Notes: generated by a model not told the origin, from the sequence alone. Numbered from the stretch's first letter, positions 1 through 9,592 are shown. The stretch: DNA of 64,000 nucleotides from an uncultured bacterium (GCA_964371555.1 CAYJMQ010000002.1:5521-69520); one strand, 5' to 3'. Program-made: numbers and translations.

Positions 1-885
1 ACAGTGGCATTGATGAGAAAAAGGGATAAAAAAATTTACGCGACATTGCTCATTGAAGAAGTTTACAAAGTAGACAAATTGAAAATCTGTAAGAAATGGT
101 TTGGGACGACTCATCTTCATCATCCCGGTGTTTTTTATTTAATGTCGAGGGGTGATTATTTTATAGCGGGGAAAGTTAATTTATTGAAAAGGATTCCCAC
201 GCCCCACAAACATTATGAGCTTACCCCTTCCCAGACAAGAAAGATTTTTAAGGAAAAAGGGTGGTCGGTCATTGTCGGTTTTCATACGAGGAATCCGATT
301 CACCGGGCGCATGAATATATTCAACGCAAGGCTCTGGAAGAGATTCGGGGGGATGGCCTGTTTGTCCATCCTGTCGTGGGGCAAAAGAAAAAAGGGGATT
401 TTGAGACGCATATTATTGTGAAAAGCTATGAAATTATGATGAGGAATTATTATCCAAAGAAAAAAGTACTGATGGGGGCTTTTTGGACTTATCCGAGATA
501 TGGGGGTCCAAGAGAGGCCCTCTTTTCCGCTATTTGCAGGCAGAACTTTGGGTGCAGTCATTTCATTGTAGGCAGGGATCATACGGGGGTAAATCATCTT
601 TATCACAGCATGGCTTCGCATGAAATATTTGGAAAATTTCCGGAATTAAAAATCAGACCGGTTTTCTTTGATGAAGTATTTTATTCGAAGAAGCATAAAA
701 AATATCTTATCCATTCTGGGAAAAATGATGCCCATAAAATAAATTATTTTCCGATAAGTGGCACTGATATTAAGCAAACCCTGTCTGAGAATAAGACGCC
801 GCCGGTGTGGCTCATGAGACCTAAAATAGCCAAAATGATTTTTGATCAGAAAGAAAATGGGTCTAAAAGAATATTCGTCGAATAA
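1..885 (+). CDS. sat: sulfate adenylyltransferase (ATP sulfurylase), 5'-truncated by window edge
   Basis: ORF 4..885; motifs GFHTRNPIHRAHE (QTRN/HxxH) and IVGRDHTGV (GRD loop) are diagnostic of ATP sulfurylase. Confidence 0.8.
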   Translation, partial: TVALMRKRDKKIYATLLIEEVYKVDKLKICKKWFGTTHLHHPGVFYLMSRGDYFIAGKVNLLKRIPTPHKHYELTPSQTRKIFKEKGWSVIVGFHTRNPIHRAHEYIQRKALEEIRGDGLFVHPVVGQKKKGDFETHIIVKSYEIMMRNYYPKKKVLMGAFWTYPRYGGPREALFSAICRQNFGCSHFIVGRDHTGVNHLYHSMASHEIFGKFPELKIRPVFFDEVFYSKKHKKYLIHSGKNDAHKINYFPISGTDIKQTLSENKTPPVWLMRPKIAKMIFDQKENGSKRIFVE

Positions 886-1001
886 CCGAAAAAGGTAGAA
901 AAAATGTCATTCCGAGCACAAAGCCACTTGTGGCGTAGTGCGAGGAATCTCCGACGAGGAGATCCTTCACCGGAGCCTGCCCCCGACTCTGATCGGGGGG
1001 C

Positions 1002-1718
1002 TCAGGATGACCTCAGCCGGCTCAGGATGATCTCAGCCTTTTTGAGATCGGCTAATGTGTCGATATCGATAGATTCCTTTTCAGACATCGGATAATACAA
1101 TGTATTTTGGGTATAAAATCCTTCTTTTTTGAGTGTTCTTTCCGGAGCAATATAAATAGCGCCATTTGGCAGGTAATAGGTGGGGATCTGCTGTCGATTC
1201 ATTTCATTGTCTGAAATCCTGAAACAGAAATGAATATAGCCGCTCTTTTGCGCCGACATAAGCCAACCAAATTTTTTCGGGACTTCCTGCACGGAAACCA
1301 ATGTGTCATCGGGAGACTTTCGCTGTTTGAAATAGTATTCAATGGCGCTACGGATATGTTTTGAAGTTCTCAGCGGTGAAGTGGGTTGAAGTAAAATAAC
1401 ATAATCGTATCTTTTATTTTCATTCGAAAACAACCACTCCACACTATGCACGACTGCTTTATCAGCGGCAATTTTGTCACTTGCCAATGCTTTTGGGCGC
1501 AGAAATGGGACATCTGCCCCCGCTTTTCCGGCGATAGCCGCGATTTTGGAGGAGTCTGTTGAAACGACCACCCTGTCGATAAAAGGGACTTCAAGCGCCG
1601 CCTCAATCGACCAGGCAATGAGAGGCTTTCCGCAAAAATTGACAATATTTTTATCTTTCAGCCCTTTAGAACCCGATCTTGCTGGAATCACCGCCAAAAT
1701 TTTATTGCCTTTATACAT
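1002..1718 (-). CDS. nonulosonate/acylneuraminate cytidylyltransferase (CMP-sugar synthetase, CTP_transf_3; NeuA/PseF/LegF/KdsB-like)
   Basis: ORF 1002..1826 trimmed to Met at 1718 (MYKGNKILAVIPARSGSKGLKDKN), the typical N-terminal motif of CMP-NeuAc/CMP-Pse synthetases; starts right after the stop of the upstream gene. Confidence 0.75.
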   Translation of the reverse strand: MYKGNKILAVIPARSGSKGLKDKNIVNFCGKPLIAWSIEAALEVPFIDRVVVSTDSSKIAAIAGKAGADVPFLRPKALASDKIAADKAVVHSVEWLFSNENKRYDYVILLQPTSPLRTSKHIRSAIEYYFKQRKSPDDTLVSVQEVPKKFGWLMSAQKSGYIHFCFRISDNEMNRQQIPTYYLPNGAIYIAPERTLKKEGFYTQNTLYYPMSEKESIDIDTLADLKKAEIILSRLRSS

Positions 1719-1728
1719 CGTTGGGTCT

Positions 1729-3570
1729 CTAGATCCATTTTTTGAATTTATAGTAAGCGATGGCTGCATATTCATGAAATATCGCTTTGAGTTGTTGAAG
1801 ATTTGCATGATGAGATAGAGAATCAAAAAATAGGCTGCTTTCCACCGGTTTTAATAGAAAGGAAACATCGGATGGAAAATATTTTTCGGCCACAAGCCTT
1901 GCGCGTTTCATGTGATACGGGGAGCTCACAATAATGACTTTTTTTAGCCCCTCTCGCCGAATAAATTTTGAAAAATATTTGATGCTTTCATAGGTATTTC
2001 CTGAACGATCCTCGACAAAAATGTCTGTTTCTGGAACTCCCATCGCCAGGGCTAGGTTTTTCATCACCTGTGCTTCTTTCATCAAATAGACATAGCCGCT
2101 TGAAAAGATAATTTTTTTAACAAATCCCTGCTGGTAAAGACTGACGGCGGTTTTGACACGCTCCTGGTAACCCTGGCCGACAAGCCCCGATTCGCCTACC
2201 CCACCGCCGAGCGCCAGAACCGCATCGGCAGCGGCGAGCCTATCTTCGATTTTCAATGGTTGAGCGATGTAATAGGGGACTTTGGAATAAAAGAAGGTTG
2301 CATATCCTAAAATCAAGCAGGCGGATGCGAGAGCGATTTTTCGAGTGATTGCGTGATAAAGAATCTTGATCCGGTGTGACCAGTTCTTTTCAACCGCTTC
2401 ACTCTTTTCGAGAAGCTTTTGATCGATCAGCGAGAGCATCGATTCAATGCGTCGCTCCCATGAATTGGTTTTGGCGATTTCGACAAATTTTGGGGAGAAA
2501 GATATTTTTCCCCCAAGCTCATCCCGGATCATTACCACGAATTCTTCGGCTGTATCGGCAACCGAAACGACGTTGTCATGATTCTGATTAAAAAGCAGGA
2601 TTTCCTGGATCGGAGTCGAGATGACCTTTTTCCCCATGATGAGATATTCGTTGAGTTTTGTTGGATAGACGCTTTGAGTGTAAGGGGTAATGCGGTAGGG
2701 GATGAGACAGAGATCAGCATAAAATAGATAGTGTGACAGCTCCTCTTGGGACTTTTGAGGTATGAAGTGGAGATTTTTAAATCCCTTTAAATCTGAAACA
2801 TCTGTTTGAATCGGGCCAATAAAGACAAAGTTTATATCGGGTAGTTTTTTGAGAAGCTCTTTTACCAGGCGAAAGTCGATCCATCGATGGATTCCTCCGA
2901 TGTATACAATCCGGGGAGAGGGGATATCGGCAAGATCTATGGGTGGGGTGGAGAAGGTTTTTCCCAGATAATGAGTAAGGTCGACGCCAAAGGGGAAAAA
3001 AGAGACATTCGAATGATACTCAGAGCAGTAGTCGATGAGACGATGAGAGGTTGCAAAGACGAGATCAGCCTTTTTAAGCAGGGCGATTTCATCCCCCTTA
3101 ATTTTTTTCGCGCTTTTGGAGCTTTTTGAAAGATTGTCAATACAATAATAAATGAGAAGCTTCGGATCAATTTTTTTGACCATTTTCTGTGTCAGTCTTG
3201 TCGGAATGAAGGTCCAGACGATCGGTTTATGAAAAGAGAGCGCTTTTAACCATCGTTTAAGGCTGTTCCAAAAGATGATCGAATTTATGGCAAGCGCTCC
3301 CCTGGAGTATGGAAATGGCAGAAGAAGCGGTGAATAAATATAGAGATTTGGATGAATACGCCGGATGCCATAAACCCCTTTTCGAAAATTTTCAATTCGA
3401 TGTTTTAGACGACCCATGTCTTTAATTTTAGGCGATCGAATGCCGGTATTTTCAACGTAGAGAACCCGATGACCCTGTGAGGCGAGGGTTTGCATAATTT
3501 GTTGGTGACCTTGCCAGATGAACCCCCAGTCGATCGATGAAAAACAGATAATATCTTCTTTTGAAGGCAT
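1729..3570 (-). CDS. glycosyltransferase (GT-B-like N-terminal domain) fused through a TM helix to a C-terminal DUF218 (ElyC/SanA/YdcF-like) domain
   Basis: 613 aa ORF; the N-terminal 350 aa look like a GT1/GT4-type domain; a hydrophobic segment (LASACLILGYATFFY) is followed by DUF218-like motifs (IIFSSGY...VIIVSSPYHMKRA). Confidence 0.55.
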   Translation of the reverse strand: MPSKEDIICFSSIDWGFIWQGHQQIMQTLASQGHRVLYVENTGIRSPKIKDMGRLKHRIENFRKGVYGIRRIHPNLYIYSPLLLPFPYSRGALAINSIIFWNSLKRWLKALSFHKPIVWTFIPTRLTQKMVKKIDPKLLIYYCIDNLSKSSKSAKKIKGDEIALLKKADLVFATSHRLIDYCSEYHSNVSFFPFGVDLTHYLGKTFSTPPIDLADIPSPRIVYIGGIHRWIDFRLVKELLKKLPDINFVFIGPIQTDVSDLKGFKNLHFIPQKSQEELSHYLFYADLCLIPYRITPYTQSVYPTKLNEYLIMGKKVISTPIQEILLFNQNHDNVVSVADTAEEFVVMIRDELGGKISFSPKFVEIAKTNSWERRIESMLSLIDQKLLEKSEAVEKNWSHRIKILYHAITRKIALASACLILGYATFFYSKVPYYIAQPLKIEDRLAAADAVLALGGGVGESGLVGQGYQERVKTAVSLYQQGFVKKIIFSSGYVYLMKEAQVMKNLALAMGVPETDIFVEDRSGNTYESIKYFSKFIRREGLKKVIIVSSPYHMKRARLVAEKYFPSDVSFLLKPVESSLFFDSLSHHANLQQLKAIFHEYAAIAYYKFKKWI

Positions 3571-3666
3571 GAAGGGAATATAGCAATTTATTTCTGAGCG
3601 GCAAACCCTTTTTCAGGATACCCTCCGCTTCTTGCCTATTCATCAAAAAATAGATATGAACTCTCT

Positions 3667-4599
3667 ATGAACTGTCTCGTCACAGGGGGAGCTGGATTTA
3701 TCGGATCTCACATTGTTCATGCCCTGCTTAAAAGGGGGGAGAACGTTGTCTTAATAGACAATTTTGAGACAGGCAAAAGGGAGAATCTGCTCCCCTTTCA
3801 AGGAAAAACGGAGATCATTGAAGGGGATATCCTCGATAAAGGGCTCCTTAAAGAAGCAATGAAAGGGATAGAGGTGGTGTTTCATCAGGCGGCGCTCAAA
3901 TTAGTCCCCGAATCGTTCGGAAAACCAGATCGTTATAATGATGTGAATATTCAGGGGACACTTTATCTTTTAGAAGCGGCCAAACGGGAAGGGATTCGAA
4001 AATTTGTCTATGCCTCATCGAGCTCGGTCTACGGAGACAATGAAAAACTTCCCAAATGCGAATCTGATCTGACCTCGCCTATTTCCCCCTACGCAGTGGC
4101 AAAGCTTGCGGCCGAACATTATTGTCAGGTTTTTACCAAAAATCATGAACTTCCGACAGTCTCTCTTCGATATTTTAATGTCTTTGGCCCCAGACAAACA
4201 GTCAATGATGGCTATTCCAATGTGATTCCTAAATTTATCAGCTGTTTTTTAAACAATAAACCGCTTCCGATCTATGGAGACGGCAGACAATCACGCGATT
4301 TTACTTACATTGACAATGTGGTGAATGCCAATTTGTTGGCTGCGGAAAAGCGGGATGTGACAGGCGTTTTTAACGTGGGGATGGGAGAACGCCATGATCT
4401 TTTAACGATTATTGAGATTTTGAAAAAGATTTTTAATCGAAAGCCGGAGATCCAGTATCTGCCGCCGCAAAAGGGGGATGTCAGACAGACGCTCGCTTCT
4501 GTTGAGTCTATTGAAAGGGAGTTGGGTTATCGATCGGTCCTCTCATTTGAGGAAGGGCTCCGAAAAACGGTTGATTGGTTTACTTCAATTCCAAAATGA
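3667..4599 (+). CDS. NAD-dependent epimerase/dehydratase (UDP-hexose 4-epimerase family)
   Basis: N-terminal Rossmann VTGGAGFIGSH, catalytic YAVAK (YxxxK), SSSSVYG; typical extended SDR. Confidence 0.8.
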   Translation: MNCLVTGGAGFIGSHIVHALLKRGENVVLIDNFETGKRENLLPFQGKTEIIEGDILDKGLLKEAMKGIEVVFHQAALKLVPESFGKPDRYNDVNIQGTLYLLEAAKREGIRKFVYASSSSVYGDNEKLPKCESDLTSPISPYAVAKLAAEHYCQVFTKNHELPTVSLRYFNVFGPRQTVNDGYSNVIPKFISCFLNNKPLPIYGDGRQSRDFTYIDNVVNANLLAAEKRDVTGVFNVGMGERHDLLTIIEILKKIFNRKPEIQYLPPQKGDVRQTLASVESIERELGYRSVLSFEEGLRKTVDWFTSIPK

Positions 4600-4638
4600 G
4601 TTTGATTTTAAAACCCGCCTCCTGTAATAATAAAAGTT

Positions 4639-5196
4639 GTGAGCCGGTTGAGAGTTCTACTGGTCTATCCCAATTATATGATGGTCAATCTTCTTCCTAC
4701 CAATATTGGGATCCTGACCGCCTGTCTCGTTCGCGAAGGATACGAAGTCGATCTTTTTGATACCACATTCTACCGGACGGCCGAAAAAAGCATTGATGAA
4801 ATGCGGACTGAAAACCTTCAATTTCGGAAGTTTGATTTGTCCGAGGTTGGTATTTTTTATAATGAAAATCCAGTCGATGCCGATTTCGTAAAAAAGGTGA
4901 GAGCGTTTAAACCCGATCTGATCGGGGTTTCCACCGTTGAAGACACATGGCCGCAGGCGCTCAAACTCCTTCATGCAATCCCGGAAACAGAGCGCCCCAA
5001 AGTGATCGTGGGGGGGATTTTCCCCACACTTGCCCCGGACATGGTCATTGGCGACAGCGCTGTCGATTATATCTGTATCGGAGAGGGGGAGGAGGCGCTG
5101 CTTGAGGTCTGTCGTGAACTTGAAAAGGGAAATGAACCGACCCGTGTCAAAATACCTGGGGGAAATCGGGGGGGAAGATTTTCAAGAACTGTATGA
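4639..5196 (+). CDS. B12-binding domain fragment of a class B radical SAM enzyme (N-terminal part, interrupted by a frameshift)
   Basis: Cobalamin-binding-domain-like sequence (LLVYPNY...DLIGVSTVED...VIVGGIFPT); reading frame terminates just after the G7 run at 5168-5174. Confidence 0.6.
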   Translation: MSRLRVLLVYPNYMMVNLLPTNIGILTACLVREGYEVDLFDTTFYRTAEKSIDEMRTENLQFRKFDLSEVGIFYNENPVDADFVKKVRAFKPDLIGVSTVEDTWPQALKLLHAIPETERPKVIVGGIFPTLAPDMVIGDSAVDYICIGEGEEALLEVCRELEKGNEPTRVKIPGGNRGGRFSRTV

Positions 5197-6212
5197 GACC
5201 CCCCATTCCATTGGAAGAGGTTCCGTTTGCCGATTTTACATTGTTTGAAGAGAAGCGTTTTTTTCGGCCGATGCAGGGAAAGATTTTTCGCATGCTCCCG
5301 ATTGAAACCGATCGGGGGTGCCCCTACACCTGCCGGTTTTGTGAGGCCCCTCAATTAAACAGAATTTATAGGACTGAGACTGCTTCGAGATATTTCAGGC
5401 GCAAAGACTGGAAATTGGTGCATGAAGAGCTTGGGCATTACGTGGAAAAATACAATATGCAGTACGTCTATTTCAACGCGGAAACATTCCTCGCCATGTC
5501 GCAGGAAGAGTTTGATCAGTTCATTGAGATCTACTCGGACTTTAAAATCCCCTTTTGGTGCCAGACGCGAATTGAAACGATTAATCTCGAAAAGTTGCGC
5601 CTCATGGAAAAGGTAAACTGCAACCGGATTTCAGTCGGTCTTGAGCATGGGAATGAGGAATTTCGGCGCAAGGTGGTCGGAAAGGGATTTACGAACCAGA
5701 TGATGATTGAAAATTTTAAACTCTTTGACAAAGTTTCAGTTCCAGTGTCGATCAATAATATTCTGGGCTTTCCAGACGAAACGCGGGAGATGGTCTTTGA
5801 TACAATCGAACTCAACCGGCATCTGACTACTGATAGTGTTAACGCCTATTATTTTGTCCCTTACCGGGGGACCCCGTTTTACGAGATTTGTCTCGAAAAG
5901 GGATACATTAGTAAAGATACTGTAACGAAGCCTCTCACCATGGGATCGTGTTTAAATATGCCGTATCTTTCATCAGAGCAAATTCAGGGTTTGGTCAGGA
6001 CATTCAGTCTTTATGTAAAATTTCCAAAATTTGATTGGCCTAAAATCAGAAGAGCGGAGAAGATGGATGAAGAGGGGAACCGTATTTTTAAGGAGCTTGC
6101 GGAAAAATATTATGAATATTTCTTTGATGATGACTTTAAGGCATACAGAAGGGCATGCTTCAATTCCCATATCTATCACTACCAGGTTCCCCAATATCTT
6201 GCGGCGTCCTAG
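5193..6212 (+). CDS. radical SAM domain fragment (C-terminal part of the same B12-binding radical SAM enzyme)
   Basis: CPYTCRFC (CxxxCxxC) cluster; in-frame upstream sequence (PIPLEEVPFADFTLFEE) continues the B12-rSAM linker without a start; adding one G to the G7 run fuses it to the 4639 ORF. Confidence 0.6.
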   Translation: MRPPIPLEEVPFADFTLFEEKRFFRPMQGKIFRMLPIETDRGCPYTCRFCEAPQLNRIYRTETASRYFRRKDWKLVHEELGHYVEKYNMQYVYFNAETFLAMSQEEFDQFIEIYSDFKIPFWCQTRIETINLEKLRLMEKVNCNRISVGLEHGNEEFRRKVVGKGFTNQMMIENFKLFDKVSVPVSINNILGFPDETREMVFDTIELNRHLTTDSVNAYYFVPYRGTPFYEICLEKGYISKDTVTKPLTMGSCLNMPYLSSEQIQGLVRTFSLYVKFPKFDWPKIRRAEKMDEEGNRIFKELAEKYYEYFFDDDFKAYRRACFNSHIYHYQVPQYLAAS

Positions 6213-6215
6213 GAT

Positions 6216-7070
6216 TTGATGGTTGAAGATCGAAAGATAATCAGTATCGATGAACTCTACGGAGTCTATAAAGAGGCCCGGGGGGATGAGTTGATTGTCG
6301 ATTTGCGTCCGGGGACCGACTACCGTGAAATGCATATTGAAGATTCTTTAAATATCCCCTTCAATCGATTGCAATTGGGATCTTTCGATCTCAAAAAAAT
6401 TAAACGCGCCTATGTGATTTGTAAATCGGGGAGTGAGGCGCCGATGGCGGCAAAGCAGATGGGGCGTCGCTACCCGGAAATTGAAATTTATTTTATCGCC
6501 CATGGCGGATTTGACGAGTGGGTTGAAAAAAAATATCCGCTGGTATCCGCTAAAGTTTTAAAACTCAAGAATGCGGTTGAGCTGGAGCAGAATGAGCCAG
6601 ATTTTATCAATTTAAAAAAAACGACCCGGTTGATCACTCAAGAGTGGAGATCGCGAGTTGAGGGAATAAATTATTTTAAAGATCATGAAAGGAATTGTTA
6701 TCTGATTTCAGACGTTAAACGCGGGGAGTCGATCCTGATCAATCCGCTGATCGAAATACACCATCATATTATCGATCAGATCGTGAGGCTTGACTGCGAG
6801 TGTGTGGCGATCTTGTATGATGAGCATCTTCGTTGGAATTTCAGTCCGCCTCCATCCGTGCATGCCAAAGACTTTTCGCAGCTTGTCAGAGGGAAATGTT
6901 ATTCTTTCTCTTCGGTTCATGCCTCGTCCCTCTGGTCAGGCGATCTCATTTCTATGACGGATGACAAGGGACACAACGGGATTCTCTACAAAGGAATTGC
7001 ATTTCATTGCAAACAGTTCTCTTCCCAGTCCTTTTCAAAGAGATCCGGGCTCTCTCTGGAAATTTGTTAG
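6216..7070 (+). CDS. rhodanese-domain protein with a degenerate metallo-beta-lactamase-like C-terminal region
   Basis: The first ~100 aa have the rhodanese fold with an active-site Cys loop (YVICKSGSEAP); the downstream NCYLISDVKRGESILINP resembles an MBL N-terminus, but the HxHxDH motif is not intact. Confidence 0.45.
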   Translation: MMVEDRKIISIDELYGVYKEARGDELIVDLRPGTDYREMHIEDSLNIPFNRLQLGSFDLKKIKRAYVICKSGSEAPMAAKQMGRRYPEIEIYFIAHGGFDEWVEKKYPLVSAKVLKLKNAVELEQNEPDFINLKKTTRLITQEWRSRVEGINYFKDHERNCYLISDVKRGESILINPLIEIHHHIIDQIVRLDCECVAILYDEHLRWNFSPPPSVHAKDFSQLVRGKCYSFSSVHASSLWSGDLISMTDDKGHNGILYKGIAFHCKQFSSQSFSKRSGLSLEIC

Positions 7071-7071
7071 A

Positions 7072-8565
7072 ATGCTTACACCCGAGGTCAAAAAATTAAC
7101 AGATGAATGCGCGCATCTTAGCGTTCGCATGGCAAATCGCATGTCGAAGCTCCAGTGCGATTTTTTAATCTGGGCATCTCCCATTTGTGCCAGAAATTAC
7201 GATGGAAGCTGGCTCTGGCATCCGCGATTCCTGAATAAAGGGATCAGCTATAAATTAGCTGTTTTTGTCTATAGTTTATTGCGGTATTCCCTTTCAGGCA
7301 TCCGAAGATTTTTCACCTACGGCGGCTTTACATTCATATACGAAAAAAAGGGCTCTTCCATGCTTCTTGTCATGCCTTTGGAAATTACAAGCGATTCAAA
7401 AGAATTTAAAACCTCTTATCTTATGGAGGATGAAAACCATCCTGTCGACAAGATAGTTTTTTCTCAATCGAAAAACCTTGGCAAGAGATATACCGCATTG
7501 ACCCCCTATGTGCGTTTTAAAATAACCCTTATTCTTCTCTATTTTCTTGTATGCGACCTGGGGCAGACACTTTTTTCAACGAAGATTACTTCAACTTATC
7601 TCGTCAGTTTCATGATTTTGACCAGGTGGTGTCTCTCGCAGGGTTGGTTTTTTCACTGGGATTTTTATTACTTTCTCGATAACATCTTGTCTTCAGAAAA
7701 TCCAAAATACCGGCGATTGATTTCTCTTCACGAAATGTATTTTTACTCCCGTTCGATATGGAAACTGGCAAATAAGCATCAATTAATCGGGGTGACAGCG
7801 CAACACGCGCTGATTGTCCCTGAACGGTTTTTGTGGTTTCGCCATCCTGTCGAGATAGAAGCGGGCTGTCCCGAGCCCGATATCTTTTTTGTCTATAACG
7901 ATTGGTCGAGAGATCTCTTTCGTCCGTATTATAAGCAAACAAAATTTCTGTTCTGCTGCAGCCCGCGTTTTAGTCATTGGAAATCAGATCATCTGATGAT
8001 GAATAGAGGGGGAGATCAAAAAGATGTGATCTTGTTTATGGGGAGTTCTATGTTTTTAGATATGATCGTCATTCTTTGCGCCATGAAGCGGCTTCTCAAA
8101 GAAGCGACAGAGCGTCGTTTTGTCTTAAGATTGAGATTGCATCCTCACGTGCATCTTCGAAAGATCGATCGGCTATGGATTGATCGGGCAAAGAAAAGGG
8201 GCTGGATTGAAGTCTCCCGGAACTCGTTGAAAGAAGACCTCGAGCATGCGGCGATTGTGGTTGGATGCAATTCGGCCGCGCTTCCGGAGTGCGTTTTGCT
8301 TGGCATTCCGACCCTCTCTATTTTCGATCCGGATGTCATTTGCCCTTCGATGATAGAGTCTTCCCCTGAATGGGAGATTTCTGCCAGAGAGATTACCTGG
8401 GAACGAATATTTCAGCAGATGAAAAAGGGATTTGAGCCGGTAATGACCGAAAACTTCAGGGGAAAAATGGGGCTCTATCAGCGGGACTTGACGACGGGGG
8501 TTATCGCAGAAGCGACAACATTTGCGAAGCGAACGGGGGCAGGTCATCCCCATAAACCCACCTAA
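7072..8565 (+). CDS. hypothetical protein; C-terminal region GT-B/TagF- or capsule-synthesis(KpsS/KpsC)-like
   Basis: Met at 7072 immediately after the upstream stop; the C-terminal segment (RLRLHPHVHL...VVGCNSAALPECVLLGIPTL) resembles CDP-glycerol glycerophosphotransferase/capsule synthesis folds; no firm family assignment. Confidence 0.35.
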   Translation: MLTPEVKKLTDECAHLSVRMANRMSKLQCDFLIWASPICARNYDGSWLWHPRFLNKGISYKLAVFVYSLLRYSLSGIRRFFTYGGFTFIYEKKGSSMLLVMPLEITSDSKEFKTSYLMEDENHPVDKIVFSQSKNLGKRYTALTPYVRFKITLILLYFLVCDLGQTLFSTKITSTYLVSFMILTRWCLSQGWFFHWDFYYFLDNILSSENPKYRRLISLHEMYFYSRSIWKLANKHQLIGVTAQHALIVPERFLWFRHPVEIEAGCPEPDIFFVYNDWSRDLFRPYYKQTKFLFCCSPRFSHWKSDHLMMNRGGDQKDVILFMGSSMFLDMIVILCAMKRLLKEATERRFVLRLRLHPHVHLRKIDRLWIDRAKKRGWIEVSRNSLKEDLEHAAIVVGCNSAALPECVLLGIPTLSIFDPDVICPSMIESSPEWEISAREITWERIFQQMKKGFEPVMTENFRGKMGLYQRDLTTGVIAEATTFAKRTGAGHPHKPT

Positions 8566-8585
8566 ACTAACTACTAAAAGAATTT

Positions 8586-9005
8586 TCATATCAAGAGTTG
8601 GGTAATTTTCTGATGAAGCATTTTCCCTATTTGAAGCCAATCGTTAATTTCTTCTTCACTTAAAGACGGGGATTCAATACCATATTGGCTTTGATTTCTG
8701 AGATCTTTTAATACTTCCATCGTAGAAATCTCGCTTTTTAATGATTTGCCATAAATTTCCTTTACATAGAGGATAGTGCAATAATGAGAGCGTTCTTTAA
8801 TACCATCTTTATAGAGAAGAGCCTTGATCATATGGAAAAAAGCTTGATAAAGCCTTTGCTCGGTAACTTCTAAAAGTTTTGCATCCCTAAGCTTAGGAAT
8901 TTCATCCAAAATAGAAACCCCTCTTTTCAGAGATTTTTTGGCCAAAGATAAATCCGCAGTCATCTTTTTTAATTGTCCTGTGTCAAAGCATTTCTTAAGC
9001 GACAT
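8586..9005 (-). CDS. HEPN domain protein (toxin of a HEPN/MNT toxin-antitoxin pair)
   Basis: 139 aa all-helical protein; HEPN-like LRNQSQY motif region; overlaps the upstream MNT gene by 11 nt. Confidence 0.6.
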   Translation of the reverse strand: MSLKKCFDTGQLKKMTADLSLAKKSLKRGVSILDEIPKLRDAKLLEVTEQRLYQAFFHMIKALLYKDGIKERSHYCTILYVKEIYGKSLKSEISTMEVLKDLRNQSQYGIESPSLSEEEINDWLQIGKMLHQKITQLLI

Positions 9006-9531
9006 TAAAAACCTCTAGATATGTTGTTAAGGACTGTAGTTTTAACCGGTAAAAAAATTCTGAATCCTTTTGTTGCAAATCCTTTAAATACTGTTTTGTT
9101 AAATAAATAACATTGATTTGTCGAGAAAATTCTTTGGATAATGCGTCAATAATTGGTCGAATTCTATCACTCTCTCCTTTGGGCAAATAGACCCATATAT
9201 CGATATCTGAATTTTGGTCAAAGGTTCCTTGAGCAAAGCTTCCATAAATTCCACAGGGGCCAATTTTATTAAGCGCCTTCCAAGCTTTTGAATTTTCCAG
9301 TTTGGATTCTAAAATGAATTTTCTATATCCTATTAACTTTTGTGAAGATGGATTAACTGAATAAAAAACCCTTCGTAAATCACCTTTTTTTTTGATAATC
9401 ATCTTCTTTTTAAGAAGCCAAATGAGCCATTTTTGTGCTTGGGAAGGAGAAATTCTCAATTTTCTAGCAATTTCATTGGGATAACTTGGCCCATTTCCTA
9501 TGAGATCAATGATGTTAAAAGTAATTTTCAT
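8995..9531 (-). CDS. minimal nucleotidyltransferase (MNT) antitoxin with N-terminal winged-helix domain
   Basis: GIYGSFAQGTFDQNSDIDIWV is the GSx9-13DxD nucleotidyltransferase signature; N-terminal wHTH-like segment; gene order MNT then HEPN is canonical. Confidence 0.65.
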   Translation of the reverse strand: MKITFNIIDLIGNGPSYPNEIARKLRISPSQAQKWLIWLLKKKMIIKKKGDLRRVFYSVNPSSQKLIGYRKFILESKLENSKAWKALNKIGPCGIYGSFAQGTFDQNSDIDIWVYLPKGESDRIRPIIDALSKEFSRQINVIYLTKQYLKDLQQKDSEFFYRLKLQSLTTYLEVFNVA

Positions 9532-9553
9532 AATCAGAAAAGTAAGAATAAAT

Positions 9554-9592
9554 CATTCTTTTATAAGAATATAACATTCTTATAAAAGAATG
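9554..9592. promoter_or_regulatory. perfect 17-bp inverted repeat (cattcttttataagaat / attcttataaaagaatg, 5-nt spacer), putative operator of the HEPN/MNT operon
   Basis: Seen directly in the sequence, 23 bp upstream of the MNT start codon in an AT-rich intergenic region. Confidence 0.45.

Noticed and set aside
904-1095. ORF 904..1095 and the tandem ctcaggatga(c/t)ctcagcc repeat at about 1003-1040
   Set aside because: It lies within or antisense to the 3' end of the NeuA-like gene; the repeat merely encodes the ILSRLRSS C-terminus, and there are no mobile-element hallmarks.
6216-7070. Rhodanese-persulfide dioxygenase (MBL) fusion
   Set aside because: The MBL-like region lacks an intact HxHxDH motif (AILYDEH instead), so an active ETHE1-like dioxygenase is not supported.
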